From NCBI GenBank assembly GCA_003194425.1, contig PQXB01000001.1:490444-522443 (forward strand): a stretch of DNA of 32,000 bases, given 5' to 3'. The notes beneath the pieces were generated by a model. That model had not been told where the DNA came from, did not search any database, and was given only the letters and a program-made list of their open reading frames with translations. Below, one piece after another: positions 17,344 to 27,311 of this stretch. Every line of letters begins with the position of its first letter. Position 1 is the first letter of the stretch. Position numbers and translations under genes: made by a program. The stretch is from Candidatus Methanophagaceae archaeon (lineage in GTDB: Archaea; Halobacteriota; Syntropharchaeia; Alkanophagales; Methanospirareceae).

Positions 17344-17368
17344 CGTAAATGCGAACAGGGGCGAAAAA

Positions 17369-19105
17369 ATGGACGAAGTAGTAAGTGTTGAGGGGCTGTG
17401 CAAGCGATACAAGTTGCCGAAAATCGGCAAAGAAGTAGTAGCACTGGACAAAGTCTCCTTCAAGATTGGGAAGGGAGAAGTGCTGGGCGTAATCGGGAAG
17501 AGCGGTGCGGGAAAGACGACGCTGCTTCGGATGCTTCGCGGCTACGAAAAGTTTGATGAGGGCGTCATAAAAATGGGCGGGGGGAATGGAGGAACAGAAA
17601 TTAAAGTGGTGCCTGACTCACCTTACTCGGAGTTCAGGAAGCTGCAAAAAATGACCGCGTTTCACCTTCAGCGCTCCTTCGCTCTTTGGAACCTCTCGGT
17701 AGTGAACAACATAATTATGCGGCTGCGGGCGGTGCAGACGGGCGCCGAGGAGGTTCCGCAGATTGAGGACGAGTACGAGGAGTTGAAGGAGCAGGCGATG
17801 GAGATTCTTGACCTCGTGGGGCTGCGGGAGAAGTACAACTATTTCTACCCGATTCTGAGCGGTGGAGAGAAGCAGCGGGTTCTCCTTGCTCGACAGCTCG
17901 CGAAATCGCCCTCGGTGCTGCTGCTTGACGAGCCGAGTACGATGTCAGACCCACTCTCGCGTGAGGAAATGCTTGAGAGCGTGAAGCGGGTGAAAGAGCG
18001 GACAGAGGTCAGCGTTCTCGTCGTCTCGCATATGCCCGAGGTTCACCGCTACCTCTCGGACAGGCTGATTTGGATGGAGGGTGGGAGAATAATTGAAGAC
18101 GGGGGAGTGGAGGAGATAATCGGCAAGTTTTTAGCCGAGCTCGAGCCGGTAAAACCGCTGACGCCTGTAAGAGACAAGCGGGACACGATGATTGAAATCA
18201 ACCGTGTCTGGAAGAAGTATGTAATTTACACGAGCAACACGCTGATAAAAACGATTGAAATGCCAAACCTAAACTTGAAGATTCCGAGAGGCGACATTCT
18301 GGGCGTAATCGGCCCGTCAGCGATGGGGAAGACCGTGCTAATGCGAATGCTCGCAGGAATTGAGCAGCCTGACAAGGGCTTTGTTCTCTACCGAATCGGC
18401 ACGGTGGACTTCGCTAACATCGCCGCAATCGGCAGCAGGCGAGCAATGGAAGCGAGGAGCAGACTCGGCGTCCTGCACCAAGAATTCACCCTCCCACCTT
18501 TCCAACTCGTTCAAGACGCGTTCGCGCAGAAACTCGGGATAAAGAAACTTGAGATGGTGCGGCAGGCGATGGCCAGGGCAAAGGAGCACGGAATCAGCGA
18601 TGTAACGCTCGACGCCCTCCTCCGAATCGCGGATATGCCTGAGTTGGAGGCGAAGGAGAAGCTCGAAGAGTTAGGCGTCAGCATAGAAATATTCGACGAG
18701 CTCTTCCCGAAGTTCCCGCCGTCCGAGGCTTTTAAAGCCGCTAAACCCTTCCTAAAGGCTCTAAACCTACCCAAAGAGATCTTTGAACGGCACAACAGCG
18801 AGGCAAGTGCGGGCGAGCACGTTCGGCTCGCGATCGCGATTCTGATGGCTGCTAACTCGGAGGTTCTCCTCTTGGACGAGCCGTTTGGCGACCTCGACCC
18901 GATTTCAATGCGAAAGGTTGCGAACTCAATCAAAGAGCTGAACCGCGAGTTCAACACCACGATTTTAGTCGTGAGCCACCAGCTTGATGTTGTTCGGGAA
19001 CTTACGCACGAGGCGATTATGATCGACGAGGGCGAGATTGTGATGCGTGGCGACCCGAACGAGGTCTGCGACGCTTTTATCGCGCTGGGAAAGCCGGAAG
19101 AGTAA
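17369..19105 (+). CDS. atwA: Double ABC-ATPase, probably methyl-coenzyme M reductase system component A2
   Basis: 578 aa with two ABC cassettes and no transmembrane domain. Cassette 1: [23 protein letters not shown]. Cassette 2: GPSAMGKT, degenerate signature [19 protein letters not shown]. The LQRSFALW segment is as I recall for the A2 family. The assignment is from memory of the family and is not verified. Confidence 0.6.
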   Translation: MDEVVSVEGLCKRYKLPKIGKEVVALDKVSFKIGKGEVLGVIGKSGAGKTTLLRMLRGYEKFDEGVIKMGGGNGGTEIKVVPDSPYSEFRKLQKMTAFHLQRSFALWNLSVVNNIIMRLRAVQTGAEEVPQIEDEYEELKEQAMEILDLVGLREKYNYFYPILSGGEKQRVLLARQLAKSPSVLLLDEPSTMSDPLSREEMLESVKRVKERTEVSVLVVSHMPEVHRYLSDRLIWMEGGRIIEDGGVEEIIGKFLAELEPVKPLTPVRDKRDTMIEINRVWKKYVIYTSNTLIKTIEMPNLNLKIPRGDILGVIGPSAMGKTVLMRMLAGIEQPDKGFVLYRIGTVDFANIAAIGSRRAMEARSRLGVLHQEFTLPPFQLVQDAFAQKLGIKKLEMVRQAMARAKEHGISDVTLDALLRIADMPELEAKEKLEELGVSIEIFDELFPKFPPSEAFKAAKPFLKALNLPKEIFERHNSEASAGEHVRLAIAILMAANSEVLLLDEPFGDLDPISMRKVANSIKELNREFNTTILVVSHQLDVVRELTHEAIMIDEGEIVMRGDPNEVCDAFIALGKPEE

Positions 19106-19166
19106 GGAGAAATAAAAAGGATAAAATAAAGAGGATAAAATAAAAAGGAAAAAGAAGAAGAATTTT

Positions 19167-19241
19167 GCTCCGCTGGTGTAGTTCGGCCAAGCATTTGGGC
19201 CTCTCGAGCCCACGACCGGGGTTCAAATCCCCGGCGGAGCA
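19167..19241 (+). tRNA. tRNA-Glu (anticodon CUC), no encoded CCA, no intron
   Basis: Hand-folded cloverleaf: acceptor GCTCCGC/GCGGAGC, D-stem GTGT/GCAT, anticodon stem TGGGC/GCCCA with loop CT-CTC-GA, T-arm CGGGG-TTCAAAT-CCCCG, discriminator A. Confidence 0.85.
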
Positions 19242-19366
19242 TTCACAGTGACTACTCCTACAGTAAAGCACGTGGGAGCAGTCACAACAAGAAAAGAAGG
19301 GCAGGTGAAATGGGTAAGACACCTGCAGGGTTTAAGAGAGTTGAGGAAGAGGCAGAATTCTGGTTT

Positions 19367-19855
19367 TCATTGTAAGAACTCCTCTAAAGTTTTGCTTTTA
19401 TGCTTTTCGGCTCTGCCTCTGCTTCTGTACTTGTGTTCGCAGCTCTGCTCCTCGTCGATTATGTGAATTACGGTGTAGCCGCGGAGTTTAAGCGCGTCCG
19501 CAATGAACCGGCGGTGGCACTGCGAGAACCGAAGTTCAGCGCAGACGACTGCAACTCGTCTCGTGCTCGTGCCTGCGAGCTCCTCAAGACAAGTCAAACC
19601 CTTCTCAAATTCTTCGGTCTCAGTAAATTTCTTGTAGCCTCCTTTTCGGTGCCCGCCGAGTTCTGCGAGGTGGAGGTATTTCACGCCACGGCGGTTCAAA
19701 CTCGCCTCGAGGTTCTCTTGGTTGAAGTGCTTGAACTTAGACCGCGGGAAGCGTCGCACGTCTGCCACTGCCTCAATTCGGTAAGCCCCAAGCAAGTCCA
19801 AAAACCCCTCCAAACTCCTCTTACTTGTCCCGACAGTCCAGATTTTCATTTGCAA
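19367..19855 (-). CDS. DUF488-family protein
   Basis: KIWTVGTS.RSLEGFLDLL....IEAVADVRRFPRSKF.HFN...L...L...GV.Y.H...LGG is the DUF488 N-terminal pattern. Confidence 0.75.
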   Translation of the reverse strand: MQMKIWTVGTSKRSLEGFLDLLGAYRIEAVADVRRFPRSKFKHFNQENLEASLNRRGVKYLHLAELGGHRKGGYKKFTETEEFEKGLTCLEELAGTSTRRVAVVCAELRFSQCHRRFIADALKLRGYTVIHIIDEEQSCEHKYRSRGRAEKHKSKTLEEFLQ

Positions 19856-19883
19856 GCGAAAAGCTTTGCTAAAAAATAAAAAA

Positions 19884-22800
19884 CTAAAGAGCCGGCGCCC
19901 TTACCGTCTTGCCCTGCAGCACCGCCTCTTCTGAAACGCTCTGTTCTACCTCCCGCAACGCCACCGTCTCGTTCTTCATAAGTTTTATTTTGTAGGGTGC
20001 CGCGACAGTAAATCCCTCAAGTTCAAAATCCGTTCCTTCGGTTGAGTACGGCACGACGAAGGAGTAGGTGCCGTTCGAAAGAGTTCTTGCGGAGTAAACG
20101 AACTCTCTTCCTTGGTTTGAGGTTACGTTCGTGGAGATTTCAACGACCGAGCCGTTAGGTGCAGTCCCTTCTACACTCCCTTCTACCCTCGCACCCTTCA
20201 CGTACTCAAAAACCTTCACGAATTTTATTTCCTGCCCTCCCTGCCAGCCCATTGAAATTATGGTGCTCGGGGACTCGTGAACGAGCCTGTAGTGGCGTAA
20301 AGGCTGCAGGTAAAGGTCCTTGCCAAGTTCCACGCCAGTGCCGTCGAACAAGTGAAGGCGGGCTTCCATCGTGCTGTAATATTTCGCGGTCGGTGCAATT
20401 TGCGGTCCCTTCTCGGTGTTCACCCGCATAATGTAGCCGCCGGTGTCTTTAGCCCACGCCGTAATCGCGCTGAACTTCGGCGTAAGCCCGAGCCTGCTGC
20501 AAATCCCTGTTACATCCGCCATCTCAAAGTCGCTCACCACGTACCTCGTGCCAAGTTCGTCCAAAATCCAATTCGCCTCCTCCTCGTCCCGCGAGACGAA
20601 GAAAGTGCAAGCACCGGGTCGCAACGAGCCGTCCTCGTTCCGCCCTCCGATTCCACCTTGGAACGGGTTGGAATTCGGAATTCGGTGTGCGTAGAGCGTT
20701 ATCACATGCCCGTAGTCCCACCAACTCATTACACCGTACGCGCTCTCTGGATATTTGTAGTCCACCCCTCGCGGCGGCTCTTCGTACAATTCATAATAAT
20801 TCACCCCCGGGTCAGGCGTGTTGTTCCTCATCCAAAACAGCGACTCGTACCAGTCCTCAGGGAAGACCGAAGGACCGCTCTTGGCGTGGTAGTAGGACCA
20901 CTTGAAATTGTCGGGCAGGTTCTCTGGGAACGAGTTAGTGAGGTTAAAAGGGAAGGGGTAGAAAAGAATGAGAATTATCAAAAAGACCACTAAAACGCGG
21001 TTTGGAGCGCCGTATTTCTTTAGCCCTCTCCTCACACTCTTCTCGCTCTTCTTACTACCCTTACTACCCTTACTCGCCTCTGCCTTCTGCTTCTGCCGCT
21101 GCCTCTCTTCTACCTTCTGCTTTCCTTTGACCTTCCTTTCATTTTTCCTCACCGCCCCTGCTCCTGCCCCCTTTCCCGTCCCCGCTCCTGCCCCCTTTCC
21201 CGTCCCCGCTCCTCCTTCCATCTCGCTGCTGAAAAAATCAAAGCCCAACCGCGTCGTCCGAACTGCGAACAGACCACAGAGCAGTGCCACATTCACCGCG
21301 TAGTAGTAGACGAACCGACTCATCCCAATCGGAGGCGGAGAAATGCCCAGCATATCAAAAATAACGCCCAAAATCAGCAGGTTTATAAAACTCCAAACCA
21401 AAAACAAAGACTCCTCCGCCCGCCATTTCTTTACAACGCTGTAAATCACAAACCCAAACCCGGCGAGCGAGATGTAGAAGCAGGTGGAGAAGTTCCTCAG
21501 GGCAGCGTCCAGCGTCATCGGGTGCATTTCGCCCAGCACTTCCATCGCAATCCCGTATTTCACCCACCCAAACGCATTTGCAAACGAGGCGTACAACGAA
21601 GGCGTCGCGAGCCGCAAAACGACTAAAATCGCAATCCCCTCCGCCAAAAGCACAAACAGATACGCGTAGGGCACCATTTTTCTCCGTGCCAAGACCGAAG
21701 AGGTCGCACTCAAGACCAGAACCACGACCGCTCCGATGAGCATTGACGCCGTGTGCACCGAACTGTACATTCCCGAGTGATTCAAGAACGGCGAAATCAT
21801 CAAGAGCGGAATTAGAAACACAGGAACGCCGACGATGCAGAGGTAGTCGGTTGAGTTGCCACGCAGGTGCTCAAAGATAAATTGAGCGAAGAGAGCGACG
21901 AAAACGATGAAGACGAAGAGGACGCAGCCGACCCAAGTGAGTGCGTAAAGACCAAACGAGAAGCCTGCAAGGAAAATAAAGACCAAAACCTTTCTCAAAG
22001 ACGAAAAGTCCCTTTTCGCCACTGCAGCCGCTAACTGCTCGAAAGTTACGCCGCCTGCTCCGCACGCCTTCGCCTCCTTTAACGCCAACACCAAAAAGAG
22101 CATTGCTACCGTGCTAAAGAGGAGTTCGGCAACGTGGTGGTCGGCAGCCCCCAAAATCGAGCGGAACAAGAAGCCCGGCAGAATCGCGATTAAGAACGCC
22201 GAGACCAAGCCCACTGCCCTGCTGTACAACTCTTTTCCGATGAAATAAACAGGAAAGACAACCAGAGCGCCGAGAACCGCGGGGTAGTAAGCCAAGACAG
22301 TTTCCATTAATTCCTGCGTCGGCGCGCCCAAGCCGAGCAGCCAAGTAAAGAAGGCAGGGATTTGGTCGAAGAGTGGGGCGAAGTGAAGGTGGTCTCCGTG
22401 CGGGTAGAGTGTGTAGGGGTCGAAGAAAATCCTGTGCGGGTAGTGCCCGCCGAAGAGCAGGTTCTCAACCAGCCGCACGTGGTACACTGGGTCGTCAGAC
22501 CCAAACATTACCCGCCCGCCGCCAACGAAGACGCGGTCGTAAGGCAAGACCGTTCTTATGAGAAGTGAGATTCCAAAAATGACATACAAAATGTTAAAAA
22601 CTGGCAGTCGCTCGAGGAGCGTCCGCAGTCTCGCAGACCCAAGGTCAAGGCGGAAACTTGATTTTTTCGAAATGAGAATTGGCAGAATTCCTGCACCCGC
22701 AGCGATGAAAAACAGAAAACTCACCCTCCTGCCCTCCTCGAAAAAAATTGTCGGGCTAAAGGCGGTTACAAGTGGGTAAAAAATTATGAAGGACTCAAGC

Positions 22801-22943
22801 AGAATCAGCGAGCCGTAAAAAAGCCATTTATTTTGCAGCCTGTCTCGCAGGCTCTCTCGCAGGCTCTCTCGCAGCCTGTCTAACTGTAGCGTTGCGTTCG
22901 GTCTTGTCTTTTTCTGTTTCCCGCCCTCTCCGCTTCGTTTCAT
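19884..22943 (-). CDS. aglB: Archaeal oligosaccharyltransferase AglB (STT3 family), long form
   Basis: 1019 aa with a multi-helix N-terminal membrane domain. The WWDYGH motif (MSWWDYGHVI) is followed by a large C-terminal soluble domain. A long basic low-complexity insertion contains two repeat families. Confidence 0.88.
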   Translation of the reverse strand: MKRSGEGGKQKKTRPNATLQLDRLRESLRESLRDRLQNKWLFYGSLILLESFIIFYPLVTAFSPTIFFEEGRRVSFLFFIAAGAGILPILISKKSSFRLDLGSARLRTLLERLPVFNILYVIFGISLLIRTVLPYDRVFVGGGRVMFGSDDPVYHVRLVENLLFGGHYPHRIFFDPYTLYPHGDHLHFAPLFDQIPAFFTWLLGLGAPTQELMETVLAYYPAVLGALVVFPVYFIGKELYSRAVGLVSAFLIAILPGFLFRSILGAADHHVAELLFSTVAMLFLVLALKEAKACGAGGVTFEQLAAAVAKRDFSSLRKVLVFIFLAGFSFGLYALTWVGCVLFVFIVFVALFAQFIFEHLRGNSTDYLCIVGVPVFLIPLLMISPFLNHSGMYSSVHTASMLIGAVVVLVLSATSSVLARRKMVPYAYLFVLLAEGIAILVVLRLATPSLYASFANAFGWVKYGIAMEVLGEMHPMTLDAALRNFSTCFYISLAGFGFVIYSVVKKWRAEESLFLVWSFINLLILGVIFDMLGISPPPIGMSRFVYYYAVNVALLCGLFAVRTTRLGFDFFSSEMEGGAGTGKGAGAGTGKGAGAGAVRKNERKVKGKQKVEERQRQKQKAEASKGSKGSKKSEKSVRRGLKKYGAPNRVLVVFLIILILFYPFPFNLTNSFPENLPDNFKWSYYHAKSGPSVFPEDWYESLFWMRNNTPDPGVNYYELYEEPPRGVDYKYPESAYGVMSWWDYGHVITLYAHRIPNSNPFQGGIGGRNEDGSLRPGACTFFVSRDEEEANWILDELGTRYVVSDFEMADVTGICSRLGLTPKFSAITAWAKDTGGYIMRVNTEKGPQIAPTAKYYSTMEARLHLFDGTGVELGKDLYLQPLRHYRLVHESPSTIISMGWQGGQEIKFVKVFEYVKGARVEGSVEGTAPNGSVVEISTNVTSNQGREFVYSARTLSNGTYSFVVPYSTEGTDFELEGFTVAAPYKIKLMKNETVALREVEQSVSEEAVLQGKTVRAPAL

Positions 22944-23013
22944 CCTTTCTACAAATATTTTCCACTCTCTTTAAATAGCTCTTTTTATTAAACAACCTTC
23001 AAACCAAAAACAA

Positions 23014-24966
23014 ATGAAAATTGACTTTGACTACCGCAAAATTGGGCTAAAAGCAGGCTTGGAAATTCACCAGCAGCTCGACACGAGGACAAAACTCTTC
23101 TGCGAGTGCCCCACCGCGCTGCGGGACAAACGCGAGTCCAACCGCAGTTTCAAACGCTACCTGCGGGCGTCGAAGAGTGAAATGGGTGAGGTGGACGCGG
23201 CGGCGCTCGAAGAGGAGAAGTACAGCAGGACTTTCGTTTACCGAGCCTACGACAGCACTTGCTTGGTCGAGAACGACGAGGAGCCGCCGGGGGAGTTGAA
23301 CCGCGAGGCACTTGAGATTTCGTTGGAGGTGGCGCTGCTTCTGGGAATGAAACCAGTGGACGAGGTTCACACGATGCGGAAAATCGTGATCGACGGCTCG
23401 AACACCTGCGGCTTTCAGAGAACCGCGTTGGTTGCGACCGACGGCGGAATCGAGACTCCAGAGGGTTTTGTCGGCGTGGACTCGCTCTGTCTCGAGGAGG
23501 ACGCGGCGCAGAAAGTGGAGACAGAGGGAGAGGGCGACGCGGTCGTTTTCTCTTTAGACCGACTGGGCATTCCGCTCGTGGAAATCTGCACCGCTCCCGA
23601 CATAAAAACCGCAGAGCAGGCGAGGAAGGTGGCAGAGCAGCTCGGAATGATTCTGCGTTCTACGGGCAAGGTGAAACGCGGGCTTGGGACAATTCGCCAG
23701 GACATTAACATCTCAATCGAGGGCGGCGCTCGTGTGGAACTAAAAGGCGTTCAAAACTTACGGCTGATTGGGAAAATCATTGAGAACGAGGTCGTGCGGC
23801 AAACGAACCTTCTTAAACTGCGCGACGAGTTAAAGAGGCGAGGAGCGAGGGTAGAGCGTAGAATCGTGGATTTGTCGAGCGTTTTTGAAGGAAAAAGATT
23901 CTTAAAAAGAAAATCTTTACCAAAAGAAATAAAATCCGGAGGGGGTGTGTTTGGCGTCTGCCTGCGTGGTTTCGGCGGTCTGGTTGGGCGAGAAATCCAA
24001 CCAGGGCGGCGGTTTGGTAGTGAGTTGGCGGACTTTGCGAGGAAGTGCGGTGCGGGTTTAATGCACACCGACGAACTTCCTGCTTACGGCGTGAGTGCAG
24101 CGGAAGTGGGGCGAGTGCGGAGAATTTTTGGGGCTGCCGAGACAGGAAAGGACTGCGTAGTGCTGGTTGCGGCAGAGAGAGAGCGGGCGGAGAAGGCGTT
24201 GAACGCGGTGCTGAACAGGGCGGAGGAGACGTTGCGCGGCGTGCCGAAAGAGACGCGGCGGGCGTTGCTAAACGGAAGCAGTGCTTTTATGCGACCTCTT
24301 CCTGGTGCTGCGAGAATGTATCCGGAGACGGACGTGCCGCCGGTGGAAATTGGGGAGGAGTGGGTGAAAGAGGTAAAAAGCAGGCTTCCTGAGACTTTTG
24401 AGCACCGAAAAGCACGGTACAAGGAGCAGTTCGGGTTAAACGAGGAACTAGCAGACAAAATCTCCCGGAACCCCAGTTTCGCTCTTTTCGAGCGTCTAAT
24501 GAAATCGTTTGGCAGCAAGAGGGGAAAGGGCAAGGGCGTTCCGGCAACGCTGGTCGTCAGGACGCTCACCGACACGCTGGCTGAACTGACGCAAGAAGGA
24601 GCGGCGGTGGAGAAGTTGGAGGACAGGCATTTCGTAGATTTGTTTGAGCAGCTCTCTGCGAACGCGTTTGCGAAGGAGGCGGTGCCTGAAATCTTGAAGT
24701 TCTTGGCGAGCCAGCCGCAGCCTGCTGAAACGAGTGTAGCAAAAGCAGTAAAAGAAATCGGGCTTGAAGCAGAGACGAACTTGGAGGAGGTGGAGCGGCT
24801 CATCGCGGAGGTAGTGAGCGCGAGGCGGGATTTTGTGAAGGAGAGTGGTGCGAGGGCGGTGGGACCGCTGATGGGCGTTGTGATGAAGGAGCTGCGGGGA
24901 AAGGTGGACGGAAAAGAGGTGAATAAAATATTGACGGAGAAGGTGAAGGAAATTCTGGAAGGGTAG
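23014..24966 (+). CDS. gatE: Glutamyl-tRNA(Gln) amidotransferase subunit E
   Basis: 650 aa. GLKAGLEIHQQLDT..KLFCECP is followed by a GatB-like core with the GatE-specific insertion and a C-terminal YqeY-like tail (GPLMG.VMKELRGK.DGK). Confidence 0.9.
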   Translation: MKIDFDYRKIGLKAGLEIHQQLDTRTKLFCECPTALRDKRESNRSFKRYLRASKSEMGEVDAAALEEEKYSRTFVYRAYDSTCLVENDEEPPGELNREALEISLEVALLLGMKPVDEVHTMRKIVIDGSNTCGFQRTALVATDGGIETPEGFVGVDSLCLEEDAAQKVETEGEGDAVVFSLDRLGIPLVEICTAPDIKTAEQARKVAEQLGMILRSTGKVKRGLGTIRQDINISIEGGARVELKGVQNLRLIGKIIENEVVRQTNLLKLRDELKRRGARVERRIVDLSSVFEGKRFLKRKSLPKEIKSGGGVFGVCLRGFGGLVGREIQPGRRFGSELADFARKCGAGLMHTDELPAYGVSAAEVGRVRRIFGAAETGKDCVVLVAAERERAEKALNAVLNRAEETLRGVPKETRRALLNGSSAFMRPLPGAARMYPETDVPPVEIGEEWVKEVKSRLPETFEHRKARYKEQFGLNEELADKISRNPSFALFERLMKSFGSKRGKGKGVPATLVVRTLTDTLAELTQEGAAVEKLEDRHFVDLFEQLSANAFAKEAVPEILKFLASQPQPAETSVAKAVKEIGLEAETNLEEVERLIAEVVSARRDFVKESGARAVGPLMGVVMKELRGKVDGKEVNKILTEKVKEILEG

Positions 24967-24976
24967 GTGGTTTTGT

Positions 24977-26218
24977 TTAGCGAACGACCCTGCCCAGCAC
25001 CCGACGCAACGCAGAAAAATCGCAGAGCATTGAAGTGTAAGCAGCGTTCGCTAACGGGCAACAGCACTCGCCTCGCCTCACCGAAGCCCGAATTTCATCC
25101 GCTTTCCGTGAACGCCAGACCCAAGCGAAATCGTAGTCTGCGGTTCCGGCTCTGAGGTTTCCAAGCGGTTCTGCACGCACGCAGCACGCCCAAACATCGC
25201 CGTAAGCAGAAATTTGGCAGGAGGCAAAACCTGCGTAACACGGAATCGGCTGCCTCCTCTCCGTAAGCACCTTCTCCAACAGCCTGTAGTACTCCAGCCG
25301 AAATGCCTGTGTTACGCGGGCGAGAAAGTCGGCTTCGGGGTCTTTGAGGTAGTCGCGTTTTATTCGCTCGCGTAGCGGTGCGAACGCCGCAGCAAAGGAG
25401 CGGTAGTCTGGCGTGACTCCGCTGCCGACCGTCCCGAGTTCTACTCGCTCTTCCGCAACCTCAAAAATGTGCGAATCTGGCTTCGGATTTAAGCCCTGCA
25501 CAAACTCGTAAATCTCCTCGAGCCGGTCGAGGTTGAAGTTGGAGACGACAGTGTGAACGCCCACTCGAAGCCGCGGATTTTCAAAATCCTGCTTGAGTGC
25601 AGTTAGTCGCTCGTAAGTGGCAACGAACTTCTCAAAATTGCCCGCAACGCCTCTTATTTCGTCGTGCAGCGAGCCAACGCCGTCTAACGAGAGGTTGAGA
25701 ATTAAATCAGATTTCCCTTTTTTTGTCTTATTTTTTACCTCCAAAAGCTCTCGCACCCTCCTCTCTACAAGTCTTGGAGCGGTGGCGTTGGTCGGAATGT
25801 TCACGATATTTGGCGAGCAGTGGCGGGCGAGTGCGTCGTAGATTTCCACCAGGTCGCTTCGGAGAAACGGCTCGCCACCGCTCAGCGTGACCCAGTAGGC
25901 GCTTTTTCCAACGCTCTCAAAAATCCTCGCAAATTCGCCGGCACTGAGCTCTAACCTTGACCCGCTTCTACGTAACGCGGGCTGTTCTTCGTCGCAGTCG
26001 TCGTAGAGTCGCCAAATGTTGCAGGTCTTGCAGCGGGCGTTGCACCTGTTCGTTACGCTGACCGTGTAGTTTATCGGGAGCGGGAGAGAACCGCGAGCGG
26101 GAGTGAGGTGAGCGGGAGAGAGGTGAGCGGGAGAGAGGCGAGCAGGAGTGAGAGCAACGCCAAAGGTTCGGAATGCCTTCAGGTTCAAGACTTTCAGGGG
26201 TAGCAGGAATTTTAGCAT
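24977..26218 (-). CDS. Radical SAM protein with C-terminal Cys-rich (SPASM/twitch-like) extension
   Basis: CNARCKTC (CxxxCxxC), SGGEP and a downstream CYAGF.SC...YGDVWAC motif. The N-terminus carries an LTPAR/LSPAH x4 repeat, so the exact start is uncertain. Confidence 0.75.
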   Translation of the reverse strand: MLKFLLPLKVLNLKAFRTFGVALTPARLSPAHLSPAHLTPARGSLPLPINYTVSVTNRCNARCKTCNIWRLYDDCDEEQPALRRSGSRLELSAGEFARIFESVGKSAYWVTLSGGEPFLRSDLVEIYDALARHCSPNIVNIPTNATAPRLVERRVRELLEVKNKTKKGKSDLILNLSLDGVGSLHDEIRGVAGNFEKFVATYERLTALKQDFENPRLRVGVHTVVSNFNLDRLEEIYEFVQGLNPKPDSHIFEVAEERVELGTVGSGVTPDYRSFAAAFAPLRERIKRDYLKDPEADFLARVTQAFRLEYYRLLEKVLTERRQPIPCYAGFASCQISAYGDVWACCVRAEPLGNLRAGTADYDFAWVWRSRKADEIRASVRRGECCCPLANAAYTSMLCDFSALRRVLGRVVR

Positions 26219-26306
26219 TTCTCCCTTACTAAATTAAGTAAATAAAAAACCTGTTGGAGAGTAAGCCCAGCACGCAGCGCAGGGGCTGAGGCTGCTAAGT
26301 TATTTT

Positions 26307-26666
26307 TTATCCTCTTCGCCGAATCGAGATTTCGCGTTTCTTCGGCATTATTTGCTGCAGAATCTGCTTCAACTGTGCGTCATTTATCGCACTTTTTAGC
26401 CGCCCTGTCTGTGCCAACGCGATTAGCTGGTTCTCCAACTGCTCCGCGAACTCGGGCTTTGCCATTCTTATGTTGTTCAACCGCTCTCGTGCCTCGGGTG
26501 TGAGAATCTGCTTAAGAATGCTCTTTTTTACTTCTTCTACTTCCCGCTTTCGCCTTTCCTCCTCTGACTCCCCTACACCTGCTCCTGCACCTACCCCTGC
26601 TCCTTCCTGTAGCATTTGCTCATATTTTCGCCGCCTTATTTCCTCTAACTCCTCTTCACTCGCCAT
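26307..26666 (-). CDS. PDCD5/TFAR19-like dsDNA-binding protein
   Basis: [37 protein letters not shown]...I.D.QLKQIL matches the family. It sits directly downstream of eS19, as in many archaea. Confidence 0.8.
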   Translation of the reverse strand: MASEEELEEIRRRKYEQMLQEGAGVGAGAGVGESEEERRKREVEEVKKSILKQILTPEARERLNNIRMAKPEFAEQLENQLIALAQTGRLKSAINDAQLKQILQQIMPKKREISIRRRG

Positions 26667-26668
26667 TT

Positions 26669-27211
26669 TTAATTCTTAACACCTCCCTGATTTGCTCTAC
26701 CTTCCCTGCTTTGTTCTGCGTTTTTCTTTGGGTTTGCGGTTTGCTCTGCGTTCTTTAGCACGTGTGCGGTGTTGTCGAGAAAAGACTGCCCCTTCGGCGA
26801 AATTACTCGTCCCTTCCGCCCTTTTCGTCCCTTCTGCCCTGTCCTCCCATTTTTATTCTTTCCCTGCTCGGGCTTAATTACGAAACCTGCCTGCTCCAAC
26901 TGCGAGAGCACGGTTCGTATTATTTTCCCCGAGGCTGCTCTGAACCGCTCGGGCTTTGCTCCTCTTCTAACTCTGCTGCCGTAGTAAGTGCGTAGCCGCG
27001 AGACCCCGACAGGACCGTGCAGGTAAATCTGCCGCAGCACCGACGCGGACCGCAGCCACCACCAGTCGTCGTCCTGAGGCGGCAGTTCCTTGTTCGCACC
27101 CTTCTTCACCTCCGCAGCCCACTTTGGCATTCGAATGGCTTTGTTCTTCTTCAGTTCCTCCGCCACCTTCTCCACCAATTTGCCAGGCGGCACGTCGTAC
27201 AGTGTTGTCAT
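26669..27211 (-). CDS. rps19e: Ribosomal protein eS19 (S19e) with extended basic C-terminal tail
   Basis: [20 protein letters not shown]...MPKWA..VK.G..KE.PP.D.DWW..R.AS.LR..Y..GPVGV.RLR..YG matches the family. I prefer the ATG at 27211 (MTTLYDV) over the track start at 27304. Confidence 0.88.
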   Translation of the reverse strand: MTTLYDVPPGKLVEKVAEELKKNKAIRMPKWAAEVKKGANKELPPQDDDWWWLRSASVLRQIYLHGPVGVSRLRTYYGSRVRRGAKPERFRAASGKIIRTVLSQLEQAGFVIKPEQGKNKNGRTGQKGRKGRKGRVISPKGQSFLDNTAHVLKNAEQTANPKKNAEQSREGRANQGGVKN

Positions 27212-27311
27212 TTTTATCTCACCTTTTTTATCTTGCTTACTCCTCTTGCTACTCCTATTTTCCGTCAAAGCATAAAAAGTTAAGGTGTAAATAAAAATAA
27301 GCAAGAAGACG

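Noticed and set aside
19106-19166. The purine-rich aggataaaataaa x2 repeat upstream of tRNA-Glu as a distinct element.
   Set aside because: It is most simply the AT-rich TATA region of the tRNA promoter plus another small duplication, and is already covered by the general tandem-duplication observation.
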